Source of the DNA: a virus
DNA: 64,000 nucleotides
Reading direction: 5' to 3' (one strand)
IMG/VR virus record: IMGVR_UViG_3300025132_000023
Location: 1 to 64,000 of that record
In this document: piece after piece, positions 21,058-31,196 of the stretch
Numbering within the stretch: the stretch's first letter is position 1
Layout: each line of letters starts with the position of its first letter
Translations under genes and position numbers: made by a program
Notes under the pieces: generated by a model
Told to the model about the DNA's origin: nothing
The model's input: only the letters and a program-made list of their open reading frames with translations
Databases searched by the model: none

Positions 21058-21995
21058 TCTTTATCTGTCATTTTCCTAGCCATAGTTTCTACTTGGTTGC
21101 CTGACGATACAATTCCTTCTTGATGTATACCTTGTTGTGACATTATATCTGCTATCACTTCATCAAAGTTAATTTTAATAACTACTTTCTGTTGAGTTAA
21201 TTTGCCGGTCTTTTTACTATTAGCAATCTCTTCTTCTGTTACATTAATATGCATATATTTATATATATTCTGTTCCTTAATTAATTTTTTAAGGTCTTCA
21301 TCATCTAGTAATTCTTCATCGCGGTCTTCTTGTTCCTCAGTTTCATTAAGTAAATGTTTCCAGCCCTTTCTTTTAAACTTCCTATGATGTATGGAACCTT
21401 TTATACCTGTGCTTTTTCTATCATCACCATCATCAATATCAAATAGAGTATCTACTTCCTTTAGTGCTTTCCTATACGGTAAGACATTTTCCCCTGCAAC
21501 ATATAATTCTGTTCCTTTTTTGCTTTTTACTTTGTGTGCAGATGATAACCACTCATAACCTATTTTCTCAAATACATCTTTCATCTGCATTGTTTTTGCT
21601 TTATCACTTAAATTTGTCATTAACGCAACATATGGGTCTTTATCACCTGTGCCACTTGCAAATCCTTTAGTGTATTTATAAAATTGTTCTGGAGTTAACT
21701 CTTCTATTTGTTTCCATGTGTCTTTAACAAATCTCTCATATTCAACAGCACTAAATTCCATATCGTTTTCGTCTTGAGCGTCTTCTAATAGAGTCCAATT
21801 TAAGAAATGTTTTAGGTTCTTAGTAATATTTGTAAAGTTCTTTGGTGAAAAAGGAGCGACTATATATTTAAGCATAAGCAAGGCTATGTCATTATCCAAT
21901 AAATCTCCAGAGAGGTCGGCAGAATCAATTACGATTGGTTCAGAACCAATTGTATATTCTGTTCCGTCATAACGGATTGTACCGGGAATCCTCAT
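21030..21995 (-). CDS. Hypothetical protein
   Basis: 321-aa ORF in the operon. Confidence 0.6.
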   Translation of the reverse strand: MRIPGTIRYDGTEYTIGSEPIVIDSADLSGDLLDNDIALLMLKYIVAPFSPKNFTNITKNLKHFLNWTLLEDAQDENDMEFSAVEYERFVKDTWKQIEELTPEQFYKYTKGFASGTGDKDPYVALMTNLSDKAKTMQMKDVFEKIGYEWLSSAHKVKSKKGTELYVAGENVLPYRKALKEVDTLFDIDDGDDRKSTGIKGSIHHRKFKRKGWKHLLNETEEQEDRDEELLDDEDLKKLIKEQNIYKYMHINVTEEEIANSKKTGKLTQQKVVIKINFDEVIADIMSQQGIHQEGIVSSGNQVETMARKMTDKEWVSLFTGD

Positions 21996-22004
21996 TTATA
22001 CCAC

Positions 22005-22709
22005 TTAAGCCAACCAAGCGGCCCAAGCAGCACCTTTAGAAATCATCTGCCCTAGACCTAAACCACTTCTAGGCGGAGTATAGGTCATTTGACCCGTATT
22101 AGGGTCTATCCAATAAGGGTTCCCCATTGTATCTGTGCCTTGTGGTGGAATAGGATAACCGGACGCGTTATTAAACGCTTGTTGTTGTGCATACATCTGT
22201 TGATTAATCTGAGTCGCCTGTCCACCCCCTTGAATCATTGATGGGTCTACGCCACCTTGAACAGGCATTCCGGCTACAGGAGCCATTGTTGGAGCCTGTG
22301 GTGCAGGGGCAGTAAAGCCCTGTGACTCTAAATACTGACTCTTTGCCATCTTTCTTTGATAAACCACTTCTGAATTAATAGCAGTAGCCAATAGTGTTTG
22401 TAAATCTAACTGTATATTAGCATCAGTAATCTGTTGATATTCTGCTATAACAGTAGGAGTAACTCCTAATTCTGTTCCTGTTCCAACAGTATCTAATCTT
22501 AGTTTCGCTAATTGTTGACTAACAACTCTTTCAACAACATCTTCCAATAACTTATCAAGTGCAGTTAAAAACTGTTCTCCGTGATATTGGAAAAATTCTT
22601 CTACATGATTTTCCTGTAGCGTTAGTAAGTTATTAGTGGCTTTAAATTGTGCTTGTGTGTTAGCATCCATTTGCCTTGCAAGGGTTTTATTTGATGTTCC
22701 AAATACCAT
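22005..22709 (-). CDS. Hypothetical Gln/Pro/Gly-rich protein with a C-terminal amphipathic helix
   Basis: Helical N-half, low-complexity QP-rich C-half, ends GLGQMISKGAAWAAWLA. Confidence 0.65.
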   Translation of the reverse strand: MVFGTSNKTLARQMDANTQAQFKATNNLLTLQENHVEEFFQYHGEQFLTALDKLLEDVVERVVSQQLAKLRLDTVGTGTELGVTPTVIAEYQQITDANIQLDLQTLLATAINSEVVYQRKMAKSQYLESQGFTAPAPQAPTMAPVAGMPVQGGVDPSMIQGGGQATQINQQMYAQQQAFNNASGYPIPPQGTDTMGNPYWIDPNTGQMTYTPPRSGLGLGQMISKGAAWAAWLA

Positions 22710-22710
22710 A

Positions 22711-23403
22711 TTATTGTGCCTCCGTAGTGTTTGATGTTGGAGTTGTTATTTCTTCCTTTGGAATAATTTTAGCACCCTTAGTCATTAACTCAATAACTCT
22801 TTTATTGATACCATTTTGTTCCATTGTTAAACGGAAAAGTTCGTCTTCTGCGTTTTCATTCTGCATAGCGGGAGGTCTAATAGTCCACCCCACTCCTGAC
22901 AAACTCTCAATATCGGATTGCCTTAATGAAGTTAGCGGTGCTGCTTGCAACATTTTAGGTACTTTAGGCATAGGTATGTATGATTCAAAAGAAAGGCCGT
23001 GTTCATCGGCTATTATCTGCTGCTCTAACATCTCATATTGTCTATGTAATTGTGAATGTTTCTCACAATAAGTGCCTCTCATTGGATAACCCTTTCTAAC
23101 TTTGTGAAGAGGTATTGTTGGTCGCATTGGGTCAGAAGCCTCCCAGACCTTATGCGTTCCACATACAACACATCTATCCTTAGTATTGAATTTATAACTG
23201 TAAGGTATCTTTAAAAATGACTTTCTTTCAGGCCAAAGAACCTTTAGCATTTCTTTAAGTTGTTTCTTTGGTTTAGAACTCTTATAATCATATTGCATTA
23301 TACCTCCTGCTGCCCTAGCAAACTTAATGGGCGGTAAGAAAGGGTTTGCTGCGGTAGCAGTAGAAGCATCTATTAAAGAAGGAGGGCTATATGTCATTGT
23401 CAT
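22711..23403 (-). CDS. Zinc-finger protein
   Basis: CVVC...YCEKH motif; GGTGA RBS upstream. Confidence 0.6.
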   Translation of the reverse strand: MTMTYSPPSLIDASTATAANPFLPPIKFARAAGGIMQYDYKSSKPKKQLKEMLKVLWPERKSFLKIPYSYKFNTKDRCVVCGTHKVWEASDPMRPTIPLHKVRKGYPMRGTYCEKHSQLHRQYEMLEQQIIADEHGLSFESYIPMPKVPKMLQAAPLTSLRQSDIESLSGVGWTIRPPAMQNENAEDELFRLTMEQNGINKRVIELMTKGAKIIPKEEITTPTSNTTEAQ

Positions 23404-23411
23404 TTTATCAC

Positions 23412-23627
23412 CTAGTTACTATAAATATATCCTTCTGCTACGTTTTTTAATCCTTCCATCATATTAGGCTTACCTTTATTTTCTTTAATGTATCTCATTA
23501 CTATTGAATCCAAAGTTGCTACTTCTCCTTGCCCTTCATAGCCCTGTGCTGCATCCCACAAATGTTGAAACTTTCTTTTAAAGTCGTTGTAAAGTTGTGC
23601 TTCATTTTTTAATATTATATCCCACAT
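23412..23627 (-). CDS. Small protein with N-terminal W-x-x-ILK tag
   Basis: Starts MWDIILKN. Confidence 0.6.
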   Translation of the reverse strand: MWDIILKNEAQLYNDFKRKFQHLWDAAQGYEGQGEVATLDSIVMRYIKENKGKPNMMEGLKNVAEGYIYSN

Positions 23628-24295
23628 TAGTAATCCTCAATCATTGTTGCTACGCCACGATAAACCATTTCTGAATCTGATTTTGCACTTACTATATATT
23701 TGTATGTTGGTATTCCTTTTTCATTTAGTTTATTCATTCCGTCTTTAAATGCGTCAAATATATGATGTTGTTGAATGTCTTTAAATTGATATGTATCTTT
23801 CCATAAGTCAAATTTGTTTGCCCATATTCCTACTGCTTTTGGATAATCTTTATCTGATTTTTTGTATTTCTTATTTACCATATCCCAATAAGGAGCGCAT
23901 ATTGTATCAACTAAAAATGTCCAGCACAATTGTTGTTCTATATCAAAGTGTTTTGTTAAATGTCTATCGTCAATCATAAAGATAATATATTCTACCTTTC
24001 TTTTTCTCATATCATATAGCCATTCATTCCAATATGTTGTTTCGCCTCCTATGTCTGATGTTTTGATTGTATGTTGGTCACCGTCAATTTTAATTGTTTT
24101 TCTCATTGCTCTTTCTCGACCAACGGTTCTTCTTTTAATTTCCGGCACATCTCCTCTTGTTCTTAATTGGTGGTGTAATGTTGTTTTTCCAACTTGTGTT
24201 GCGCCATATACTCCAACTGCGTGCGGATTTATTTTCTTCCAAAGTAGTCCTAACTGTTCTATACAGATGATTACGAATCCCGTCATTACCGACAT
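23627..24295 (-). CDS. Small Ras/Arf-like GTPase
   Basis: G1 GATQVGKT, G2 T (RRTVG), G3 DIGG, G4 NKFD, G5 SAK; hydrophobic N-terminal helix. Confidence 0.85.
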   Translation of the reverse strand: MSVMTGFVIICIEQLGLLWKKINPHAVGVYGATQVGKTTLHHQLRTRGDVPEIKRRTVGRERAMRKTIKIDGDQHTIKTSDIGGETTYWNEWLYDMRKRKVEYIIFMIDDRHLTKHFDIEQQLCWTFLVDTICAPYWDMVNKKYKKSDKDYPKAVGIWANKFDLWKDTYQFKDIQQHHIFDAFKDGMNKLNEKGIPTYKYIVSAKSDSEMVYRGVATMIEDY

Positions 24296-24303
24296 TCAAT
24301 CAC

Positions 24304-24522
24304 CTAGAAATGAAATATTGAAGTTAACCCTCCCCAAGCAGAACTAAAGATATTTATACCAAAGGAAGGCAATGCATGGCCTATGCAAAAACTACATACA
24401 GAAGCGATGAACCCCCAAAAATAAAATCTTGCTCTTAGAAACCAAACATCGGCTGAATGCGCTCTTTGCATATCGTATGCTAAAGCAGTTTCATCCATTC
24501 CAAATGCTATGGCTTCTAACAT
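24304..24522 (-). CDS. Small membrane protein
   Basis: Hydrophobic segment FYFWGFIASVCSFCIGHAL and an amphipathic tail. Confidence 0.6.
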   Translation of the reverse strand: MLEAIAFGMDETALAYDMQRAHSADVWFLRARFYFWGFIASVCSFCIGHALPSFGINIFSSAWGGLTSIFHF

Positions 24523-24526
24523 TTAA

Positions 24527-24928
24527 TCACTCAACCTGTGCTAAGAAAGAAGGAGATACCGTTTGTGGTTCCTCTGCCTTTTGTGCTAGGTTGTTTATAG
24601 GAACCCTGTTCCAAGAATTATTAAACTGTTGAAGACTTTGGCGAACCTTTTCTCTTTGCTGTTCATCCCTAGCCTTTCTGTTCCAATAAGCAGCAATTCT
24701 TCTATCTAATAGAGTCATCTCTATATAATCATTTAAGGCAAGGTCAAAGACCGCCTTCATTACAAGTATTCCACCAATAGTCATTAGCGAAAATACTACT
24801 GCGTGTGCATAGTGTGAAAAGGCAAGCAAATTGCCATATTCAGCATAAAAGAAAACATTTATGCCACTAATGCAACCAACGAATAATATCGTCATTACAA
24901 GTTTTGTGTCTTTTTCTAATGCGGGCAT
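24527..24928 (-). CDS. Two-TM membrane protein with a coiled-coil tail
   Basis: Two hydrophobic helices followed by a charged helical C-terminus. Confidence 0.65.
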   Translation of the reverse strand: MPALEKDTKLVMTILFVGCISGINVFFYAEYGNLLAFSHYAHAVVFSLMTIGGILVMKAVFDLALNDYIEMTLLDRRIAAYWNRKARDEQQREKVRQSLQQFNNSWNRVPINNLAQKAEEPQTVSPSFLAQVE

Positions 24929-24932
24929 CTAA

Positions 24933-25244
24933 TCATCTCGCTTGAGCAGAAACGATTAATTGACCAACGGTTCTACCTGTTGTAGCCGTTGCCTTTAAAT
25001 ACAGACCAATTCCCAACATTGCCCCATGATAGTCCAAATCCAGCGTAGTATTTGCAGCAACAACTATCGTTGCAAACAAGTTATCATCAGCATCACTTGT
25101 GTCATCATATAGATGAACAGTCTGTGCTACTGCATCTGAATTATGCAATTTAATAGACATAAGTTTACACCTATGTCCTATCAATTGTTTTACTTCATCG
25201 CCAGCACCAGCGTTCTTAAACACATAATTTAGTGAACCTGCCAT
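24933..25244 (-). CDS. Small beta-rich virion protein
   Basis: LMSIKLHN...VHLYD...GIGLY pattern common in capsid-associated phage proteins; downstream of the capsid genes. Confidence 0.5.
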   Translation of the reverse strand: MAGSLNYVFKNAGAGDEVKQLIGHRCKLMSIKLHNSDAVAQTVHLYDDTSDADDNLFATIVVAANTTLDLDYHGAMLGIGLYLKATATTGRTVGQLIVSAQAR

Positions 25245-25315
25245 AATCGCATCTCCTGTGAATGGTGTGAGGGTGTGCTTCCCTTATGAATGTTGTTGAA
25301 AAAATGTCGTGTGTA

Positions 25316-25350
25316 GTGACCTATGGCCCCGTTAAGGAGCCATAGGCCAC
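25316..25350 (-). terminator. Stem-loop after the capsid/decoration genes
   Basis: GTGACCTATGGC...GCCATAGGCCAC inverted repeat, with a T6 run about 12 nt downstream on the minus strand. Confidence 0.55.
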
Positions 25351-25364
25351 ATTTATTTACAATC

Positions 25365-25715
25365 TTAAAGATTGCCCCAAACTCTAACTAGAATGGTGGT
25401 AGCGGTCATAGACCCATTAGCCAGTTCCGCGTCATTCGCATTGGAGTTATCCAGCAGTATTATCGTAAAGGATGACCCAGAAGCATAAGCCCCTGCATCT
25501 GAACATTCAACCTGCGCTTCATAAAGAGCAGATTGGGAGTTCCCCGTTATGGTAACAGCATTTATGGTGTTTAGGCCCAAAGAAGCAGCCGTTACAACAT
25601 CCGTATTAGCGTATGTTGTCATAACTACTTTTGCATCCACATAATATTCATCACCTGATACTCTAGGTGTAGTCATACCTTTGTGGTCAGCCAAAACTGT
25701 TGCGGTTAATGCCAT
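25365..25715 (-). CDS. Capsid decoration / cement protein candidate
   Basis: 116-aa beta-rich protein directly after the MCP; AGGTGAT RBS. Confidence 0.55.
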   Translation of the reverse strand: MALTATVLADHKGMTTPRVSGDEYYVDAKVVMTTYANTDVVTAASLGLNTINAVTITGNSQSALYEAQVECSDAGAYASGSSFTIILLDNSNANDAELANGSMTATTILVRVWGNL

Positions 25716-25726
25716 ACTTAATCACC

Positions 25727-27151
25727 TCACGCACTACTTAGGTTGGTTATCTTACCTTGTCCCTTAAAGAAGGAACAACCAGTCTCTGCAATCGTGCGGT
25801 ACATAGCCTGATTGCCGAGTTTTGCAACACCGAATGGGTTGCCGTGGTCAATACCATCCTCAAAGTATTGGGTTGGCTTCATAACAGATAGCCACAGGTG
25901 GTCTGTGTCTAGTATAAGCATATCACTTAGGTCTGTTGCAGCAGCCGTCTTTGTGGTAGAAGGCATATCCTTGCAAGGTATGATGGGTATGTCGAAGTAA
26001 GTAGCGACCCTAAAGCCGACTTCTGACCCCTTTACACCTCTAACACCATTATGGGTAGGGATAATCTCCTTTCTGTCCATAAATCGCTCTTGGGACTGTA
26101 GTAAGTCACCAATGTGCTGAATGGTGTCATATCCTGTTAGGATAACCTTTGGGCTTCCTCCAGCCTCTCTAATGTTCCTTAACGCCTTGTTAAGGATTGT
26201 TAGAGTTAATGGCCTAGTAGCAGAGTAATCTCCACCATAGTCCACATAACTGTCAATAAAGCCACCATCACCAGAAACGGTGATTGCTCCATTAGCCCCA
26301 GAAGAAGTTCCGGGGTTTCTTGCAGTATTACCGTATAACGTGTAAACCTGTGGTTCTGCTCCTGTTGAAGCATCGGTCTTACCATCATGTAGCATATCCT
26401 CGTTATACATCTCACCAATCTCAGCCTTTGAAGAAACTATCTTCATTAAAGAAGTGTAGTTTAGTCCAACGTTTTGTTCTGCATAAGACTTTCCACCTAC
26501 GTCATACTGTTCAAGAGGCAATAGTAGCATTGCATTCTGAACTTCAGCATGGTGCTTACCCATGTCTTCACGGATTAGAGCGCGTATGTCTCCAACACCG
26601 TCATCAATCTTTGCCATCTCAAGAGCCAATTCTGAGAACTCAAACAAATGAGCCACAGTCTTTGGGCTGGTCTTAAGTTGTGCATAGGTTGGTGTAATCG
26701 CAGAAATGGTTCCGATTGTTGTGTCAGAATCAGCATTAATTGGCGCGTTTTCACCGTATGCTCCTAGCATATCTGCTCTTAGGCTATCTGCACCCTTTGC
26801 GACAGTATTGCTAGTATCAAACGCTCCTGAGTTGAACTTGTTGTTACCGCCACCGGCTGCTCTCTTCTCTAGCACTCTCCATCCAGAAGCCGTATATGGC
26901 CTCTTTGGAAGCATTGCCAAAGCATTACATTCTTGGTTTATCATTGACCATACTTTCTTACCGTATGCAATGTTATATAGGGCTGATACTGCCGTTGGGC
27001 CACCGCCGGTTAAACCGCCTAATGAACCATCGTGGGCTGAACCTAGTCCACCGACAACACCTGCTGCCTTAAGCAGCGAATTTCCCTGACCGCCCCTAAT
27101 TCCATAGGTTGCGGCTTCCAAATCTCTCATTGACTTAATATATCCACTCAT
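25727..27151 (-). CDS. Major capsid protein (HK97 fold)
   Basis: Follows the protease; YGKKVWSMINQE..., PKTVAHLFEFSE, PKVILTGYDT, VATYFDIPIIP, QGKITNL; elevated GC and strong RBS. Confidence 0.9.
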   Translation of the reverse strand: MSGYIKSMRDLEAATYGIRGGQGNSLLKAAGVVGGLGSAHDGSLGGLTGGGPTAVSALYNIAYGKKVWSMINQECNALAMLPKRPYTASGWRVLEKRAAGGGNNKFNSGAFDTSNTVAKGADSLRADMLGAYGENAPINADSDTTIGTISAITPTYAQLKTSPKTVAHLFEFSELALEMAKIDDGVGDIRALIREDMGKHHAEVQNAMLLLPLEQYDVGGKSYAEQNVGLNYTSLMKIVSSKAEIGEMYNEDMLHDGKTDASTGAEPQVYTLYGNTARNPGTSSGANGAITVSGDGGFIDSYVDYGGDYSATRPLTLTILNKALRNIREAGGSPKVILTGYDTIQHIGDLLQSQERFMDRKEIIPTHNGVRGVKGSEVGFRVATYFDIPIIPCKDMPSTTKTAAATDLSDMLILDTDHLWLSVMKPTQYFEDGIDHGNPFGVAKLGNQAMYRTIAETGCSFFKGQGKITNLSSA

Positions 27152-27162
27152 ATTTAATCACC

Positions 27163-28398
27163 TTAGTTTTCAAACTCCGAAATGAAGTTGTGAATCTCTC
27201 CCCAAGACATTTCAGAAACATCTGGAACATCAATGGTCTGGGTTTGAGCCTTAACAATCTCATCAGACTGAGCAGTTAAAGACTTTCTAAGAAGAGAGAA
27301 CTCTTCCTTAAGTGCTTCAACTTCATTCTTTGCATCATACTCGTTTCGGGCAACAGAAGCCTTTCTTACGTCTTGCTCCTTTACGAATCTCTCCTCAAAG
27401 CGGGACTTTAGAGAGTCATAAGCCATCTTCTCTAACTGTTCTGCTTTGAAAGCCTCGTATGCCTTCTCTACATTCTCGGTGCTAAGGTCTAGTGTTGAGA
27501 AGTCTTCGTTAGTCCACTCCTTGTATAACTGTCCCATTTGTGCGCCTTGTGGGTGTTTCTTTGCAGTTGAATCATGGTCAGGTAACCTGCCATCCTCAAC
27601 AAAGCCTTCAGGCCCCGTTTTGCCCTTAGCATAATTATCGAAGTCTGAGTGTTCTACGTCAGAATCCTCGGACTCGTCATCAAAGTCCGTTGCTTCCTTT
27701 TCACCGTCATACTCATCTTCGCTTCCTTCGGAGTATTCAACGTCCATAGATTCTTCGTCCATATTGACGTCATCTACAGGCATTTCTTCTCCTTCTTCCT
27801 TTTTGAGGTTGTTAACTTCTGCCATAAGGCCGTTAAGTTCCTCAAGTGCTTTTTCCAATCTCTCAGTCATGTCACTCTTCTCCTCCTTTAATATGTCAAA
27901 CTTTGCTTCTGGGTTTATTCCTTTCTCACAAATTGTTACTTCATGGAGTTCTAACTTATCTATTTCATTATACTGGCCCAAGTCTTCGCTTGTTTTTTGC
28001 CTCTTTGATAATGCTTGTCCACCTATACTGAATGAACGTAGGGTTCCTTTTCTAATCCCTCTTTGAATTTCTTTTGCTTTTTCTATGTCATCTCTTAGTT
28101 TAATAACAACATAAAAGCCTACATCGTCTACTTGTGTTTGGTGAAGATTTCCGTTTTTATCTCTATACTTCTCTATTACATCCCCGACTTGAACATTTGA
28201 ATGATTTGACATTACGTTTCTATATTTTGGGGTTGTCATATATTTGTTTACTGCTTCTTCTAATGCTTTCAATGTAATTAAATCATTTTGTTTATCTACT
28301 ATTTCTATTGAAGCGTATCCACCAATAACTAAATCATCTGATTTTAATATCCTAAAGTTTCCTTCTGTATCCGACTTAAGCAGTTGGGCTTCCGACAC
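27163..28398 (-). CDS. Prohead protease fused to an acidic coiled-coil scaffold
   Basis: IGGYASIEIVDKQNDLI, HSNVQVG, LRSFSIGG, LHEVTICEKGINPEA match HK97-type protease motifs; acidic helical C-half. Confidence 0.9.
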   Translation of the reverse strand: MSEAQLLKSDTEGNFRILKSDDLVIGGYASIEIVDKQNDLITLKALEEAVNKYMTTPKYRNVMSNHSNVQVGDVIEKYRDKNGNLHQTQVDDVGFYVVIKLRDDIEKAKEIQRGIRKGTLRSFSIGGQALSKRQKTSEDLGQYNEIDKLELHEVTICEKGINPEAKFDILKEEKSDMTERLEKALEELNGLMAEVNNLKKEEGEEMPVDDVNMDEESMDVEYSEGSEDEYDGEKEATDFDDESEDSDVEHSDFDNYAKGKTGPEGFVEDGRLPDHDSTAKKHPQGAQMGQLYKEWTNEDFSTLDLSTENVEKAYEAFKAEQLEKMAYDSLKSRFEERFVKEQDVRKASVARNEYDAKNEVEALKEEFSLLRKSLTAQSDEIVKAQTQTIDVPDVSEMSWGEIHNFISEFEN

Positions 28399-28440
28399 AT
28401 TACCACTTCCTTAATTTACTATATGAAGTCCACGATATTA

Positions 28441-30957
28441 CTAAACTTGCATGGTTAACTTTTTATGCCTGTCTTCAGTAATATCCCATATTCCTTCGTC
28501 TTTATCCTTATCTAGCATTTTCTGCTTAATGCCTGTCCAAACCACCCATGTATCTTTTTTCTTTACAGGAACTACTCTAAAGTGTAATCTAGTCTCAAAC
28601 TTATCACCATTTAATTTATATTCATGGTAACCATGCCTTTGCACTCCTAACTCAATCTCTCCAGAATCTAACAATTTATCTCTTGTTGTCTTCGTAGAAA
28701 CTTGTGCAGGAAACTTACCTGATTTTCCAAATAAGTTGTAAATATCTTCTGCATCTTCTATATCAATTGTCCATGCCATTTCTTTATCGGACGTTCTAAT
28801 AACCATTTCTAAGTTATCATCACTACCGTGGTATAATAAAAACTTACCGTTCTTTGGTGTCTTTTCTGCTTTTATTAATTTATCTCGGTTGGCAGTATAT
28901 TTATCCTTACTTACTTTAATAAAATCATCTTGGTCATTCATCCAATTAACCATTCTTTTAATTTCACCTGACCACAAATCTTCAACTAACTTAGGTATCT
29001 TCTCTTTACAGAAATTAAATATCTCATTTATATGTAATCCCTTCTCCTCTGTATCTATTTCTTGTAAATACGCTTTGATTGCTACTCTAGCATCTCCAGA
29101 CTTTGCCTTCATTAACTCTTCAATTTCATGCTTCCACATATCCATGTCGGCTAAAGCATTCTTTTCCATTAAAGAATCTCCGCTAAAACCATACACAGTA
29201 AACCCTTCAAAATCTGATTTCATTATTATATCTGCTTCACCGTGAACACCATCAGTTATTACAAACTTTGTTAATGCGTCTTTAACATCATACTTTAATG
29301 ATTTTCTACCTTCTTTAGATAATAGGTCTAATGTAATTAATTTCTCTGGAGCATCTACTTCTGGGATTTCTATTACCTTTGCAGTATATAGTTTATATCC
29401 ACCATTGTTCTTTCTAACTTCATCAACCTTAACTCTTACAATATCTCCAACATCTACCTTTTCTTTAGTATTTAATGCTTTACCAACTGCTAGATATTTT
29501 AGACCTTTTAATTCTGTACCCCCATGTTCTCTTGCTTCTTCTCCGCTAAGTGGCCCTGCTCCTAAAGTATAGGAATTAAGGTTAGACTTAGTAGATTTCT
29601 TATCTAATACAATTAAATCTAAATCTACAAACTTCTTTAATTTAATCCACTTGGGATTTTTCCTACTACCAATATAATAAGTAGACTCTATGTCTTTGAT
29701 AACAACGCCCTCAGAAGTTGGTAATTCCATAATGTCTTTTGAATATTTTTCTATTTCTGATAAAGAATCTGCTATTCTAGTATTCTTTTTATTAGGGAAT
29801 CCTAGTTCATCAGAAGAATGTTGTGCTAACTGATAGAATAGAATGTTTATCCGTTCTCTTAATGGAGTATCAGTTACATTCTTTCCTTCGTGATGTAGTA
29901 TGTCAAACACCCTAGCCTTTAATTTTGCTTCTGGATATTTTCCTTTGAATAGGTGTGCAATAGTATCTGCACGGTGTAATGGTTCATCACCATCATATAA
30001 TATAATTTCAGCATCAAAGATACTATCACCAAATCTTTTTTGGTCTAGTTTGTCAACAATATCTTTACATTTGGAAGTAATATCTTTTTCATTATATGAA
30101 TAGATTTTAACCTTGTCTTTTATTTTATGTAGTTGAACTCTAATGCCATCGTATTTTTCTTGAACTACCCACTCTCCACTAAATCCTTTAAGGTCTTTAA
30201 TATCATTGACTTCAAATATTCTATACATGGGCTTGTTTGGTACTATAAAATCTGTCTCTTCTTTTTCTTCTTCAGACTTTTCTTCTTTTGCTTTCTTTAG
30301 TCTAATTGCTATTAATGCTTCCCAATCTTCTTCTGTGTTGTCCACTAAGAAAACTTTCTTTAATAATTCTAACGCTGGCTTAAACTTGGGTTTAACCTTA
30401 GAAGTATCCTTATCATCTCCATAGTGTTCTATAATGTAAATAGGTATGTCATCTAATCTAAGGTCTAATCCCATAGCCCCCTCAGAAATGTTACCTATGT
30501 TCACATCGTTCTTCTCCCATGCCGCCGCAGATATACTGTGTGCGTGCGTCCGTAAGGCATAGTGTATGAACATAGCATATATAGAGGGTTCAGTTACAAA
30601 CGTTTCTATAACATTATCTCCCAATTGTTTAGCAAAGGGGTCATTAACTTCGTCAGAATTATAACGCATTCTTTTAATCTGAGCATATAAATCCCTTGCT
30701 TGACTAGACTCTGCATCAAGTGCATTCTTATCAAAAACAACGTCTTCATCTAAATATCTTTTCATTTCATTAGTAAAACTACTAAGTCCATCAAAATCAT
30801 CTCTTATCTTCTTAACAGACTTTCTCCAGTCTTTACCATATTCAGTAGGGTCTTCTCTCGCAGATAAATATCTATATCTTACATCTTCATAGAAGTCAAG
30901 GACACGCTTCGCAAGCCCTGCATTCTTTTTGCGAAAGAAGAGTCCAGACTGTGCCAA
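28441..30957 (-). CDS. lig: ATP-dependent DNA ligase with long N- and C-terminal extensions
   Basis: Motif I QEKYDGIRVQLHK, FDAE, VFDIL, EGVVIK, WIKLK, followed by an OB-fold-like region. Confidence 0.85.
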   Translation of the reverse strand: MAQSGLFFRKKNAGLAKRVLDFYEDVRYRYLSAREDPTEYGKDWRKSVKKIRDDFDGLSSFTNEMKRYLDEDVVFDKNALDAESSQARDLYAQIKRMRYNSDEVNDPFAKQLGDNVIETFVTEPSIYAMFIHYALRTHAHSISAAAWEKNDVNIGNISEGAMGLDLRLDDIPIYIIEHYGDDKDTSKVKPKFKPALELLKKVFLVDNTEEDWEALIAIRLKKAKEEKSEEEKEETDFIVPNKPMYRIFEVNDIKDLKGFSGEWVVQEKYDGIRVQLHKIKDKVKIYSYNEKDITSKCKDIVDKLDQKRFGDSIFDAEIILYDGDEPLHRADTIAHLFKGKYPEAKLKARVFDILHHEGKNVTDTPLRERINILFYQLAQHSSDELGFPNKKNTRIADSLSEIEKYSKDIMELPTSEGVVIKDIESTYYIGSRKNPKWIKLKKFVDLDLIVLDKKSTKSNLNSYTLGAGPLSGEEAREHGGTELKGLKYLAVGKALNTKEKVDVGDIVRVKVDEVRKNNGGYKLYTAKVIEIPEVDAPEKLITLDLLSKEGRKSLKYDVKDALTKFVITDGVHGEADIIMKSDFEGFTVYGFSGDSLMEKNALADMDMWKHEIEELMKAKSGDARVAIKAYLQEIDTEEKGLHINEIFNFCKEKIPKLVEDLWSGEIKRMVNWMNDQDDFIKVSKDKYTANRDKLIKAEKTPKNGKFLLYHGSDDNLEMVIRTSDKEMAWTIDIEDAEDIYNLFGKSGKFPAQVSTKTTRDKLLDSGEIELGVQRHGYHEYKLNGDKFETRLHFRVVPVKKKDTWVVWTGIKQKMLDKDKDEGIWDITEDRHKKLTMQV

Positions 30958-30959
30958 GA

Positions 30960-31196
30960 TTATCCCTCAAACTCAGTTACCTTTGTTTTTTGTTCATCCA
31001 TTCCTTTTACATCTGGAACAGACTCAGCCTTTGGTTTCTTAATCTTAACCGTTTCACCGTCTTGGTTCTCTATCTCGGTAACCTGAGAAGTATCGCCATA
31101 AGCAACAACAAGGTCTTTAGCCTTCTTTGCTACCTTAGTCATTAACTCTTCCAACTTTTCTTCTTTTGTTACCTTTACAGGAAGACCGTCATACAT
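30960..31196 (-). CDS. Hypothetical charged protein
   Basis: ORF in the operon, coupled to its neighbours. Confidence 0.55.
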   Translation of the reverse strand: MYDGLPVKVTKEEKLEELMTKVAKKAKDLVVAYGDTSQVTEIENQDGETVKIKKPKAESVPDVKGMDEQKTKVTEFEG

